Shown piece after piece: positions 11,419 through 21,644 of a stretch of 64,000 nt of DNA. How positions within the stretch are numbered: position 1 is the stretch's first letter; the number at the start of each line of letters is the position of its first letter. The notes below the pieces were generated by a model. That model ran no database searches, was not told the origin of the DNA, and was given only the letters and a program-made list of their open reading frames with translations. Position numbers and translations under genes: made by a program. The stretch is taken from NCBI RefSeq assembly GCF_050920415.1, contig NZ_CP169309.1. The stretch is one strand, 5' to 3'. This stretch comes from Escherichia coli (lineage in GTDB: Bacteria > Pseudomonadota > Gammaproteobacteria > Enterobacterales > Enterobacteriaceae).

Positions 11419-12888
11419 TTATGCTTCTTCAGGTTTGGTGATCACGACACTCTGGTTTTCACGCTCATTGGTGATAATAGCCAAAGCTTCTTCCCGGCTG
11501 ACCTGACTTGCTGGCGTTACCAACGTCACCAGTACGCCAGCGACCAGGCTGCCCAGCACTGACGGAATACACGGGTTACCCCAGTAAGCCAGCCAGTCGG
11601 CATTCATCAGCACCACAATTGACATCACCATACCGCTCACTAACGCCGCCAGCGCGCCCTGCCAGTTAAAGCGTAGCCAGAAGCGACCGAGAATCGAGCA
11701 GATAAACAGCCCGGACATCAGCATCGAAATCATTTTGGTAATGTAGCTGATGATGTCATTAGAGGTCAGAGCAAAGACCAGCGCCAGGCCAATAACAAAG
11801 GTCAACATCCAGCGTGAGTAAGTAATGGCCTTGTCCTCCGGCGGCATTCTGCCGGTAATCATGGTGTAGACGTCGCGCATCATAATCGCCACTGCCGCAA
11901 TGGCATCAGAACTGGCAGAAGACATGGTGGCAGAAAGCCCGGCAATCAGCACCACCAGCCCAAGAATGGCAGGTAAGAAGCTGGTCGCGAACAAGAAGGC
12001 ATAGTTACTGTTTTCCAGATTCGGGTTCATGGTGAACGCCGCCATGCCGATAATGGCAGGCAGAATCGAGAAGAACAGATACAACACGCCAGTAATAACA
12101 AATGAACGCCGTACAGAGGGAACGTCTTTTCCCGAGTAAATACGCTGGCGATAAGATGGTGTGGCCAGTACGCCGACACCAATAACCAGCGCCAGCGAAA
12201 GCGCAGGCAGCACGCCCATTTTATCAATCGCAAACAGGCTCATCGCTTTTGGGTCCATCGCCTGCTCAATCGCACTCCAGCCACCAACGTGAACAACGGC
12301 AAGAATAGCCATTAATATAAAGCCAAAGAACAGAATTAGGGCCTGAATGGTATCGGTCCACACTACCGCCGAATAACCGCCGATAATAACGTAAATCGCA
12401 AAAGCTAAGGCAATAATTAATTTTGCCACCGTAAGATCAATACCTGTTGCCCAGGCAAGATACATACTTCCACCTAATATATGCGCCCCCAGCCAGCCAA
12501 TAGAGGCAATAAATATCATCATGCCGACAATGTTTTTAATTAAATGACTGCCGCCAGTATAATAAGATATTTCTTCACTCATGGTCATAAAACGTAATTT
12601 ACGTACCGGTGCAAACAGCCACGCCACCAGTAATATACCTACGGCCCCACCGACGCCATAAAGCATTCCGGCCCAGCCATTGCTGTAGCCAAAGCCCACT
12701 GCGCCCATACTGGAACCCGTGCCAACCATCGTGGCAACGGTTGACCCCAGCGTCAGAAACAGCGGCAGCGAACGCCCGCCCAGCAGAAAATCTTCTCCGC
12801 TTTTCTGATTACGAGAAACAAACCAACCAAGCCAAATCATGGCGATGGCATAAATAATAAAGCCGACTAAAAAGATATGACTGTTCAT
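11419..12888 (-). CDS. sodium:solute symporter (SSS) family transporter
   Basis: 489 aa ORF, highly hydrophobic with multiple TM segments, PutP/PanF-like N-terminus, and an AGGA Shine-Dalgarno before the ATG. Confidence 0.8.
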   Translation of the reverse strand: MNSHIFLVGFIIYAIAMIWLGWFVSRNQKSGEDFLLGGRSLPLFLTLGSTVATMVGTGSSMGAVGFGYSNGWAGMLYGVGGAVGILLVAWLFAPVRKLRFMTMSEEISYYTGGSHLIKNIVGMMIFIASIGWLGAHILGGSMYLAWATGIDLTVAKLIIALAFAIYVIIGGYSAVVWTDTIQALILFFGFILMAILAVVHVGGWSAIEQAMDPKAMSLFAIDKMGVLPALSLALVIGVGVLATPSYRQRIYSGKDVPSVRRSFVITGVLYLFFSILPAIIGMAAFTMNPNLENSNYAFLFATSFLPAILGLVVLIAGLSATMSSASSDAIAAVAIMMRDVYTMITGRMPPEDKAITYSRWMLTFVIGLALVFALTSNDIISYITKMISMLMSGLFICSILGRFWLRFNWQGALAALVSGMVMSIVVLMNADWLAYWGNPCIPSVLGSLVAGVLVTLVTPASQVSREEALAIITNERENQSVVITKPEEA

Positions 12889-12990
12889 AATTCACATCCT
12901 GCCAGTAGAGAGAGAATAATGTAAGAGTTCCCGGAGTGCTGAATGTATTCAGCACTCAATTGCGGTCTGTTTTTTTAATTCTTAAATTTA

Positions 12991-13386
12991 TTAGCGGGTC
13001 GCGTTATAACAGGTCACATCGACTTCGACTTTACAATCGACAACCAGATCAGCCACACAACAAATACGTGCAGGCGGATTCTCGCCAAAAAATTCTCTGA
13101 ATACTTTATTAAATGACTGGAAATAGCGGGCGTCGGTCAGGATCACTTTCACGTGAACCACATCCGCCAGGCTATAACCGGCTTCAGTCATGATGTCGAC
13201 ACAGTTTTGGATCGCCAGTCGTGACTGTTCAACGATTCCGCCTTCTACCACTTCACCGTTTTTCATGGGTGTTTGCCCGGAGACGTACAGCCAGCCGCCC
13301 GCCTCAACCGCCCTGGCAAAAGGCAAATGCTGCCCGCCAGTGCCTGTTCCACCTTCCGTACCGTAACGTTTAATGCTCATATTCAC
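12991..13386 (-). CDS. RidA/YjgF/TdcF-family enamine/imine deaminase
   Basis: 131 aa ORF with a conserved Rid-family C-terminal region; the stop is 3 bp from the start of the upstream deacylase gene. Confidence 0.8.
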   Translation of the reverse strand: MNMSIKRYGTEGGTGTGGQHLPFARAVEAGGWLYVSGQTPMKNGEVVEGGIVEQSRLAIQNCVDIMTEAGYSLADVVHVKVILTDARYFQSFNKVFREFFGENPPARICCVADLVVDCKVEVDVTCYNATR

Positions 13387-13389
13387 TCC

Positions 13390-14841
13390 TTAATGTGAGG
13401 TCTGCCGGCGCAGGAAGCGTCCCGCACGGCCTGTAATATGTTTATCGCGACCATAGCTCATAACGCCGTTCACCATCACCGCCTCAATGCCATCTGCCGG
13501 GCGTTTGGGATCAGAAAAGCTGGCAACATCACGAATGGTTTGTGGATCGAACAACACCAGGTCCGCAAAATAGCCAACTTTCACCAGTCCACGCTGGGGC
13601 AGGCGAAAACGGCTGGCAGAAAGCCCGGTCATTTTGTGGATAGCCGTGGTCAGAGGGAATAAACCTTCATCACGGCAATAGTGACCCAGCACGCGAGGGA
13701 AGGCGCCCCATAAACGTGGATGCGGCATGGGATCATTGGGCAGGCCGTCAGAGCCAATCATACTGACTGGATAACTCAATACTCTGCGGACGTCGCGCTC
13801 GTCCATGTTGTAATAGATAGCCCCGGCAGGCATTAGCAGCTTCGCGGCCTCCAGCATACTCATCTGCCAGTCGATGGCGATTTGCGCCAGTGTTTTCCCG
13901 GCCTGCTGCGGATGTGTTTGTGACCAGGTGATCACAATATCGAATTCGTCGGTGACTTGTTTGAGATCCAGCGTTGAAGAGCTGGCTGAGTAAGGGTAGA
14001 CATCGCAGCCAATTTCCTGGTGTTGACGCATTTGGTCAAAAAAAGCCAACGTTTCTTTTGTCCGCCCCCAGTTTTTCGCCCCGGCGCATTTATGGTGGGA
14101 AACCACGACAGGCACTTTGCCATGACGCCCAATACGAAACGCCTCATCCAGGGCATCGAGAATCGGTTCAAATTCAGAACGCAGATGGGTGGTATAAACG
14201 CCCTTCTCACCGGCTAATTCTTCCGCCAGCGCCATGACTTCTTCGGTAGTCGCCTGAAATGCTGTGGCATAGGCCAGCCCGGAACTTAACCCCAGCGCCC
14301 CCTGACTCAACGCCAGACGTAAGTCGGCGCGCATGGCGGCAATTTCATCCGCCGTCGCCGGGCGAAACAGGTCGTCCATATGGTTATTACGCAGCGCCGT
14401 ATGACCAATCAGCGTGCCAACGTTCAGTGACGGCCTGGCTGCTTCCACTGCCTGGGCATAGCTTTCAACGGTAGGATAAATAAAGTGCTCCGCTTCCCCC
14501 AACAGATTCATCGGGTCAGGAACTTCGCCTTTCATTTTCGCCGACGCCGCACTGATCCCGCAGTTACCGACAATCACCGTGGTGATCCCCTGGCTGATTT
14601 TTGGCAGATATTCCGGGATGCGAATAACGTTGATATCGTCATGGGTATGAACGTCGATAAACCCTGGTGCCAGCACCCGCCCTTCCCCGTCAATGACCTG
14701 CTGCGCCGTAACGTTAAGCGCAGGGGCAATATCGACAATCCGATCACCTGTTATTGCCACGTCACCGCGAAATTCAGGGCCGCCGCTACCGTCGATAACG
14801 GTCACATTTTTGATTAACCAGTCAACCTGCATGTTCGTCAC
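13390..14841 (-). CDS. N-acyl-D-amino-acid deacylase (D-aminoacylase) family amidohydrolase
   Basis: 483 aa ORF with a metal-dependent amidohydrolase N-terminus (DGxG...PGFIDVHTHDD) typical of D-aminoacylases. Confidence 0.8.
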   Translation of the reverse strand: MTNMQVDWLIKNVTVIDGSGGPEFRGDVAITGDRIVDIAPALNVTAQQVIDGEGRVLAPGFIDVHTHDDINVIRIPEYLPKISQGITTVIVGNCGISAASAKMKGEVPDPMNLLGEAEHFIYPTVESYAQAVEAARPSLNVGTLIGHTALRNNHMDDLFRPATADEIAAMRADLRLALSQGALGLSSGLAYATAFQATTEEVMALAEELAGEKGVYTTHLRSEFEPILDALDEAFRIGRHGKVPVVVSHHKCAGAKNWGRTKETLAFFDQMRQHQEIGCDVYPYSASSSTLDLKQVTDEFDIVITWSQTHPQQAGKTLAQIAIDWQMSMLEAAKLLMPAGAIYYNMDERDVRRVLSYPVSMIGSDGLPNDPMPHPRLWGAFPRVLGHYCRDEGLFPLTTAIHKMTGLSASRFRLPQRGLVKVGYFADLVLFDPQTIRDVASFSDPKRPADGIEAVMVNGVMSYGRDKHITGRAGRFLRRQTSH

Positions 14842-15032
14842 TCCATTTCTGCAATGGTGACAAGTTAACCATTTACAAGGATGAAAAACAGTGGAAAACT
14901 ACGCAAAACCCAGATGATTTTATGATACTTTTATTCATAAACTATAAGATAAATAAACTAAATATTTATATTTCATTTAGTTACAAATGATACTCACATC
15001 CGATACGGTGAAAAACTTAAAAGGTAAATGTT

Positions 15033-16253
15033 ATGAAATACCACTCAGAACCTCTGGTTCCCCATAAATCGGCCCTGATGCAAATGCCCGCAAATCTCCT
15101 TGCCGAAGATGTCTGTTTACCTGCCGCGATCATTAAAAAGCAGGCCCTGGAGAACAACATTACGTGGATGCAGCGTTATGCTGACGCGCGCGGCGTTTCG
15201 CTGGCACCGCACGGTAAAACCACCATGACGCCGTGGATTTTTCAGGCGCAGCAGGCGGCTGGTGCCTGGGCAATAGGTGTCGGTAGCGCATGGCAGGCTG
15301 GTGCGGCAATGGCGAGCGGTATTCAGCGAGTGCTGATGGTTAACCAGCTGGTCGGCAAGGCGAATATGCAGTTGATTGCCCGGTTGCAACAACATTACCC
15401 GACGGTCGATTTTATCTGCTGTATCGACAGCATTGAGAACGCCCGCGCTTTGTCTGCCTTTTTTGCCAGTCAGCAACAGACACTGAACGTGATGATTGAG
15501 CTGGGTGTTCCCGGCGGACGCTGTGGTTGCCGCTCAACGGATGCCGCACTGGCACTGGCTAAACAGGCGGCCCAATTACCAGGGCTACGTCTGCGCGGGC
15601 TTGAGTTATATGAAGGTGTTTTACACGGTGACGATCCACAACCGCAGGTAGAAGCTCTGCTGCGGGATGCCGCACAACTGGCCTGTGATATGGCAAGTCT
15701 GGTTGATGGCGAGTTTATTCTCACCGGAGCAGGCACGGTCTGGTATGACGTGGTGTGCAATATCTGGCTGGCGGCAGAAAAGCCTGATAACTGCCGCATT
15801 GTTATTCGCCCTGGCTGCTACATCACTCACGACACCGGGATCTACGACGCGGCACAACAACAGTTGCTTGCCCGCGATCCTGTGGCCTGCGATCTTGCAG
15901 GCGATCTCACATCTGCGCTGGAACTGGTCGCCATGGTGCAATCGGTGCCGGAAGCTGATCGTGCGGTGGTAAATTTTGGTAAGCGTGATTGCGCCTTCGA
16001 CGCCGGACTGCCGCAACCAGTCGCCCACTACCGCAACGGCAAATCACTGGCATTTGATCCACAGGCGATTCGCAGTACAGGTATTATGGATCAGCACTGC
16101 ATGTTGCAACTGTCAGCTAATAGCGACGTGCAAGTGGGGGATATTCTGGTGTTTGGCACATCGCATCCGTGCCTGACCTTCGACAAATGGAAAACGTTGT
16201 TATTGGCTGATGACGACTACAACGTACTGGCAGAGCTGGATACGCTGTTTTGA
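15033..16253 (+). CDS. PLP-dependent enzyme of the alanine-racemase fold (DSD1-like D-serine or D-threo-hydroxy-amino-acid dehydratase/aldolase type)
   Basis: 406 aa ORF with an N-terminal region containing the HGKT lysine motif characteristic of fold-type III PLP enzymes; divergent from the deacylase-RidA-transporter operon. Confidence 0.7.
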   Translation: MKYHSEPLVPHKSALMQMPANLLAEDVCLPAAIIKKQALENNITWMQRYADARGVSLAPHGKTTMTPWIFQAQQAAGAWAIGVGSAWQAGAAMASGIQRVLMVNQLVGKANMQLIARLQQHYPTVDFICCIDSIENARALSAFFASQQQTLNVMIELGVPGGRCGCRSTDAALALAKQAAQLPGLRLRGLELYEGVLHGDDPQPQVEALLRDAAQLACDMASLVDGEFILTGAGTVWYDVVCNIWLAAEKPDNCRIVIRPGCYITHDTGIYDAAQQQLLARDPVACDLAGDLTSALELVAMVQSVPEADRAVVNFGKRDCAFDAGLPQPVAHYRNGKSLAFDPQAIRSTGIMDQHCMLQLSANSDVQVGDILVFGTSHPCLTFDKWKTLLLADDDYNVLAELDTLF

Positions 16254-16261
16254 TAGCGCAG

Positions 16262-16283
16262 ATGGCGGGTTCCTTCCCGCCAT
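16262..16283. terminator. hairpin between convergent genes (ATGGCGGG-loop-CCCGCCAT)
   Basis: Inverted repeat read directly in the 58 bp gap. Confidence 0.45.
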
Positions 16284-16311
16284 TAATTGTATGTATATCC
16301 TTAAGTATCTA

Positions 16312-17322
16312 TCAGCTACTTATGGATCGAATATCATCATAGATTGACTGGCTGATCTCTACCCCCTGTTGCTCACTGCGCAATCGTGCCTGGTAGCGAC
16401 GTTCTCCCGGCAGGCGCGCGCCCTGAGCCTGCATCTGACTAAACAGCGTTTCCGCCCTTGCCAGATGCCTCCCTGCATCCTCACCAAGAAAACGCTGCGG
16501 ATCGAGTGCCAGGATCAACTCTCCACCATACGGCAAACCACCTGCACCGTTATCCCACGCAAGAGACTCAGCACTGGTCATATCGCCAATCAGTGGTCCC
16601 GCAATCAGCTCCACCATCGCTGCCAGTGCCGAACCTTTATGACCGCCGAAGGTTAACATTGCTCCGTCCAACACAGCTTGTGGATCGGTGGTGGCATTGC
16701 CATGGCTGTCGATCCCCCAACCTTCAGGAAGTGATTTCCCGGCTCGCTGATGTAACTGAATCTCCCCGCGTGCCGCCGCACTGGTCGCCATATCAAAAAT
16801 AAATGGCGGCAGCTTGTCGCGCGGCCAACCAAACGCGATTGGGTTAGTACCAAAAAGAGGTTTGCCCCCCCCTTTCGGCGCAACCCAGGCATGGCTTGGC
16901 GTGGTCGCCAGCGCCACCAGTCCGGCTTCAGTCAGCGGTTCAACATCCGCAAATAAGGCGGAGTAGTGAACACAATGATTAATTGCCAGTGCTGCAATCC
17001 CGCACTGACGCGTTTTCTCGATCAGTAACGGTAGTGCCTGCTGATAAGCCAACAGCGAATAGCCACCTTTGGCATCGGCCTTAACGATTGCCGGAGCCTG
17101 AGATTCCACTGTCGGCAGAGCATCGGCAGAGACTTTCCCTTTTCGCAGCGTGTCAACAATCCCCAGCAGTCGCCATAAACCGTGCGAGGCACAACCGTCG
17201 CGCTCCCCGGCGGTAACGTTTTTCGCGATCACCACTGCATGTTGCTCACTAAATCCGTTACTAATGAGCGCATGATAGGCTAGTGCGTAAGCCTCTGATA
17301 ACGAGAGGATTACTCTATCCAT
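16312..17322 (-). CDS. Ldh_2-family (malate/L-lactate dehydrogenase-like) oxidoreductase, delta1-pyrroline-2-carboxylate or delta1-piperideine-2-carboxylate reductase-like
   Basis: 336 aa ORF resembling the Ldh_2 family, which includes Pyr2C/Pip2C reductases and ureidoglycolate dehydrogenase. Confidence 0.7.
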   Translation of the reverse strand: MDRVILSLSEAYALAYHALISNGFSEQHAVVIAKNVTAGERDGCASHGLWRLLGIVDTLRKGKVSADALPTVESQAPAIVKADAKGGYSLLAYQQALPLLIEKTRQCGIAALAINHCVHYSALFADVEPLTEAGLVALATTPSHAWVAPKGGGKPLFGTNPIAFGWPRDKLPPFIFDMATSAAARGEIQLHQRAGKSLPEGWGIDSHGNATTDPQAVLDGAMLTFGGHKGSALAAMVELIAGPLIGDMTSAESLAWDNGAGGLPYGGELILALDPQRFLGEDAGRHLARAETLFSQMQAQGARLPGERRYQARLRSEQQGVEISQSIYDDIRSISS

Positions 17323-17333
17323 TTTCTACTCCT

Positions 17334-18935
17334 TTATTCTTCTTCATCCCCGTTAAAGTTCGCCCGAGGAAGACAGGTGTATGCGCCCCAGTAATAAATT
17401 CCCAACGACATCAGCGCGACGACGATAGTATCCCACGGGTGCCCTATAATGCCGCTACCGCCAAAGCTACCCAGCCAGGAAAACAGCATAATCAGGGCAT
17501 AGAAGGCAATAAGCCACAATGAAGATTTAATCTGCTGCGCCAGGCTGACATGCTGAACAGGCACTTTCGACTTGCAACTCACGTAAACCACAAACATTAC
17601 GATTTGTAGCCCCAGCAGCCAGGAAAGCGTCCCCCAACCAGACCAAAAAACAATCAGTGCGGAAATCATAAAAGAGAGTGGGCCAAGCACCGCAAAACCA
17701 CGAACGCGGAACGGGCGCGGCATATCAGGTGCATTACGGCGCAGTCCTGCAGCTGTAACCGGCGCGATGGCGTAGCTCAGTACCAGAGCCGCAGAAACCA
17801 CGCTAATCAATTGCTCCCACGACGGGAACGGTAGCGTCCAGAAGATAGATAAACCAAACGTCAGCCACAGTGCCGGACGTGGAATACCTGACTCCTTATC
17901 GATATGAGTAAAGGTTTTAAAGAATGTCCCCGCCTTCGCCCAGCCATAGATCACACGCGGTGTCGCATTCATGTAAATATTGCCAGTGCCGCTGGGAGAC
18001 ACAATAGCATCACATACCACCATAAATGCCAGCCAGCCCATCCCGAGAGTAATGGCGATATCGCGATATGGCAGCGAATAGTTCTTACTGATCTCCGCCC
18101 AACCACCACTTAGCGATTCAGTTGGAATACTGCCCAAAAAGGCGACCTGCAACAGAACGTAGATGATGGTCGAGAGAATTACCGAGAGGATCAGCGCAAA
18201 TGGGATGGTACGTTGCGGATTTTGCGCCTCGCTGGCTACGGAGATAATCGGTGTCAGTCCAAGGTAAGCGAAGATAATCCCACCCGCGCTAATTGCCGCT
18301 TCCACTCCTGACATACCAAATGGAGCCATACCCTGTATATGCAGATTCTCCGGTTTGAAGAAGGCAAATAACGTTATTACCACCAGCAACGGCACCAGAA
18401 ACTTCAGCACGCTAATAAAATTGTTCGAGCGAGCGAAAGTTTTAACACTGTAGTAGTTCAGGGCAAAAAAGAAGCACAACAGTAAGAACTGCACCACCCA
18501 GCCTAACAGCGTCGGGTCACTACTCCCCGTCTGCGTCAGCGCAGGAAACCAGGCGGCGGCATATTGCCGTGCGGCTACAATCTCAATGGAGATCAGGCTG
18601 GAGAAGGCAATCAGGGTAATAAAACCCAGCAGATAGCCCATCAATTCGCCGTGCGAAAATACCGGGTAACGAATAATACCGCCCGCGCGGGGAAGCGCCG
18701 CCCCCAGTTCGCAGTAAATAATCCCCAGTAGCAGCACCGCAAAACCGCCAATAACCCAGGAAGCAATCCCTGCTGGGCCAGCGATCGATGCGACATGGCT
18801 GGCAGCAAACAGCCAGCCAGAACCGAAAATCGCCCCCAGACCAATAAAGGTCAAGTCGGTGAGCGTTAACTGCTTTTTAAACTTCCCCGACTCAACAACG
18901 ACGGTTTGCGTGCTTTGGGTAGAAGGAATTGTCAT
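17334..18935 (-). CDS. APC-superfamily amino-acid permease
   Basis: Polytopic membrane protein. The start was moved to the internal ATG at 18935 to remove a 40 bp overlap with the upstream gene. Confidence 0.8.
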   Translation of the reverse strand: MTIPSTQSTQTVVVESGKFKKQLTLTDLTFIGLGAIFGSGWLFAASHVASIAGPAGIASWVIGGFAVLLLGIIYCELGAALPRAGGIIRYPVFSHGELMGYLLGFITLIAFSSLISIEIVAARQYAAAWFPALTQTGSSDPTLLGWVVQFLLLCFFFALNYYSVKTFARSNNFISVLKFLVPLLVVITLFAFFKPENLHIQGMAPFGMSGVEAAISAGGIIFAYLGLTPIISVASEAQNPQRTIPFALILSVILSTIIYVLLQVAFLGSIPTESLSGGWAEISKNYSLPYRDIAITLGMGWLAFMVVCDAIVSPSGTGNIYMNATPRVIYGWAKAGTFFKTFTHIDKESGIPRPALWLTFGLSIFWTLPFPSWEQLISVVSAALVLSYAIAPVTAAGLRRNAPDMPRPFRVRGFAVLGPLSFMISALIVFWSGWGTLSWLLGLQIVMFVVYVSCKSKVPVQHVSLAQQIKSSLWLIAFYALIMLFSWLGSFGGSGIIGHPWDTIVVALMSLGIYYWGAYTCLPRANFNGDEEE

Positions 18936-18946
18936 AGTGATGCCCT

Positions 18947-20557
18947 TCAATGAGTCAACAAGGAGGAAATGGCTTCCCGGGTCCACTGGCCGTTAACCAA
19001 GCGCAGCAGGTTTAATGGATTACTGTCCTGCAGCGCAGGCGGTAATAGTGCAGCGGGTGCATTTTGCAGGCATACCGGGCGCAGAAAACGAGTAATGGCC
19101 AGCGTGCCTACGGACGTGCCGCGCGCGTCGGTGGTTGCCGGGAACGGACCACCGTGTACCATGGCATCGCAAACCTCGACGCCGGTGGGATAGCCATTGA
19201 ACAATACGCGTCCGGCTTTATCAGCCAACAATGGCAATAAACGACCAGCCAGTTGCCGGTCATCCTCATCCGCCTGAAGTGTGGCAGTAAGTTGCCCTTG
19301 CAGAGCGTTAATTACCTGCAACAACTCCGCTTCATCAGCGGCTTCAACCACAATCGCGAGCGGCCCGAACACTTCCTCCTGCAACAGAGGATCTTTTTCA
19401 AGTATGTTTGCCGCCTGAGCCTGATAGAGACGAGTTTCTGCTCGTCCGGCTTGATGATTATCGTCCCCCGCCAAACACCGAATAGTCGGATGTTCTGCCA
19501 GTTTCTCCACGCTGTGGCGATAGTGCTCAAGCGTGGAGGCGTTTAGCATGAGTTGCGGTGTGGCGGCATTCACTTTCTCAACCAGTTGCTGTAAAAAGTC
19601 CGCGTTTTTCTCCCCTTTCAGCAACACAATCAGGCCTGGTTTAGTGCAGAACTGTCCACATCCCAACGTGAACGACGCGACTAAATCGCGGGCCAGCGTA
19701 TCGGCACGTACTGATAGCGCCTGCGGCAGAATGAAAAAGGGATTGAGAGCCGACATTTCGGCAAAAACCGGTATCGGCTGTGGACGCTGTTGGGCCAAAC
19801 GAAAGAGCGCCATGCCACCACGTAATGAGCCGGTAAAACCCACCGCCTGAATTGCGGGATGTTTCACCAGTTCAGCACCGATATCAGTACCGAAAATCAT
19901 ATTGAATACGCCTGCGGGCATGGCGCATTTAGTCACGGCACGAGCGATCGCTGATGCGATAATTTCTGCCGTTGCCATATGCCCAGGATGCGCTTTCACA
20001 ACTACCGGGCATCCTGCAGCCAGTGCCGCTGCTGTATCACCACCGGCGATAGAAAAAGCGAGTGGAAAGTTGCTGGCACCAAATACCGCCACCGGCCCGA
20101 GAGCCGTTTTATACTGGCGCAAATCCGGTCGAGGCAGAGGCTGACGCTCCGGCAACGCAGTATCAATTCTTACCTCAAACAGATCGCCCCGACGTAATAA
20201 CCCGGCAAACATGCGCATCTGCCCGCTGGTTCTTGCCCGCTCTCCCTGTAAACGCGCCAGGGGTAACGCTGTCTCCTGATGTGCCGTAGCGAACAGTTCG
20301 TCGCCTGCTGCATCAAGTTCATCGGCGATGGTTTCTAAAAAATCGGCACGTTGCCCGGCATTGGTCAGTGAATAGCACACAAAAGCCTGCTGCGCCGCAA
20401 TAGCCGCCTGCTCGGCCTCCTCCACGGAGGCCGGGTAAAAACGTTGCCCGGTAGGTTCGCCATCCTGCGCTCGCAGGCTGACCAGCGACGGTTCACCGCT
20501 GGCAACACGTTGCCCGGCGATGAACTGTTGCCCGGTGAAAGGGAAAGTTTCAGTCAT
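18947..20557 (-). CDS. NAD(P)-dependent aldehyde dehydrogenase, 2,5-dioxovalerate (alpha-ketoglutarate semialdehyde) dehydrogenase-like
   Basis: 536 aa ALDH-superfamily protein with catalytic Cys context (GQFCTKPG) and a length typical of KGSADH. Confidence 0.8.
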   Translation of the reverse strand: MTETFPFTGQQFIAGQRVASGEPSLVSLRAQDGEPTGQRFYPASVEEAEQAAIAAQQAFVCYSLTNAGQRADFLETIADELDAAGDELFATAHQETALPLARLQGERARTSGQMRMFAGLLRRGDLFEVRIDTALPERQPLPRPDLRQYKTALGPVAVFGASNFPLAFSIAGGDTAAALAAGCPVVVKAHPGHMATAEIIASAIARAVTKCAMPAGVFNMIFGTDIGAELVKHPAIQAVGFTGSLRGGMALFRLAQQRPQPIPVFAEMSALNPFFILPQALSVRADTLARDLVASFTLGCGQFCTKPGLIVLLKGEKNADFLQQLVEKVNAATPQLMLNASTLEHYRHSVEKLAEHPTIRCLAGDDNHQAGRAETRLYQAQAANILEKDPLLQEEVFGPLAIVVEAADEAELLQVINALQGQLTATLQADEDDRQLAGRLLPLLADKAGRVLFNGYPTGVEVCDAMVHGGPFPATTDARGTSVGTLAITRFLRPVCLQNAPAALLPPALQDSNPLNLLRLVNGQWTREAISSLLTH

Positions 20558-20572
20558 AATCTCTCCCCCACC

Positions 20573-21514
20573 TCAAAGGCCCACGTCCGGCAGCGCAGGG
20601 CGAGTCGCCAGCGATTTCTCAACGATCGCCACAACCTGGGCACGCGTTTCGCCTTCCAGCGCCAGACGCGGCGGGCGAGTAACCTCACTGCCACGCCCCA
20701 ACAGGGCTTCACACAGCTTGATACACTGCACCAGGTCAGGGCGCGCATCGAGATGTAGCAGTGGCATAAACCAGCGATAGAGCGCCATAGCCTCGGCAAA
20801 ACGCTGTTGTTTTGCCAAACGGAACAACGTCTCACCTTCGCGTGGGAAGGCGTTTGACATCCCGGAAATCCAGCCTTCAGCGCCCACCGCAATGCTCTCA
20901 ACCACGACATCGTCCAGCCCGGCAAACAGCACAAAGCGATCGCCTACCGCATTGCGAAGATCGATAAAGCGCCGGGTATCACCAGAGGAATCTTTAAAGC
21001 AGACGATATTTTCGCAATCAGCTAGTGTTTCCAGGATATCAGGGGTGACATCGTTTTTATAAATCGGAGGGTTGTTATAGACCATGATCGGCAGGTCGGT
21101 CGCCATTGCCACACTGCGGAAGTGCGCTGCAGTTTCATGAGGCTTAGATGAGTAAACCAAAGCAGGCATCACCATAACGCCATCAACACCGACCTTCTCG
21201 GCCTCTTTTGCCATCGTCCGGGCAAAGGCAGTGGTGAACTCAGCAACCCCGGCAATCACCGGAATTTTTCCGCCAGCAGCATCTTTCGCTACTTCGATGA
21301 TTTGCAGTTTTTCCTGAGTGGTAAGTGACGTGTTTTCTCCAACGCTGCCGCACACTACCAGGCCAGAAACCCCATCTTTAACCAAGTTTTTCATCACCGC
21401 ATGTGTGGCATCCAAATCAAGTGAGTAATCACTACGGAACTGAGTGCTAACCGCCGGAAAAACGCCACTCCAGTTAATCGCTTTATTGCTCATCTTTGGT
21501 TTCCTTATTGTCAA
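20573..21514 (-). CDS. DapA/DHDPS-family lyase, candidate delta1-pyrroline-4-hydroxy-2-carboxylate deaminase
   Basis: 313 aa ORF of the dihydrodipicolinate synthase/N-acetylneuraminate lyase family; the specific function is inferred from the neighbouring epimerase, oxidase and KGSADH genes. Confidence 0.75.
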   Translation of the reverse strand: MTIRKPKMSNKAINWSGVFPAVSTQFRSDYSLDLDATHAVMKNLVKDGVSGLVVCGSVGENTSLTTQEKLQIIEVAKDAAGGKIPVIAGVAEFTTAFARTMAKEAEKVGVDGVMVMPALVYSSKPHETAAHFRSVAMATDLPIMVYNNPPIYKNDVTPDILETLADCENIVCFKDSSGDTRRFIDLRNAVGDRFVLFAGLDDVVVESIAVGAEGWISGMSNAFPREGETLFRLAKQQRFAEAMALYRWFMPLLHLDARPDLVQCIKLCEALLGRGSEVTRPPRLALEGETRAQVVAIVEKSLATRPALPDVGL

Positions 21515-21644
21515 TCTGTTGCGTCAATGTGAATTAAAAGTGAATCTTCATTAACAGATTGACCTCTCCTTGCGCTGGCGGCTTGTCGATTTTCTTTCCC
21601 CAGGATGACGAAATTAGCACAATGCCCAGTTGTGATTTGTCGTG

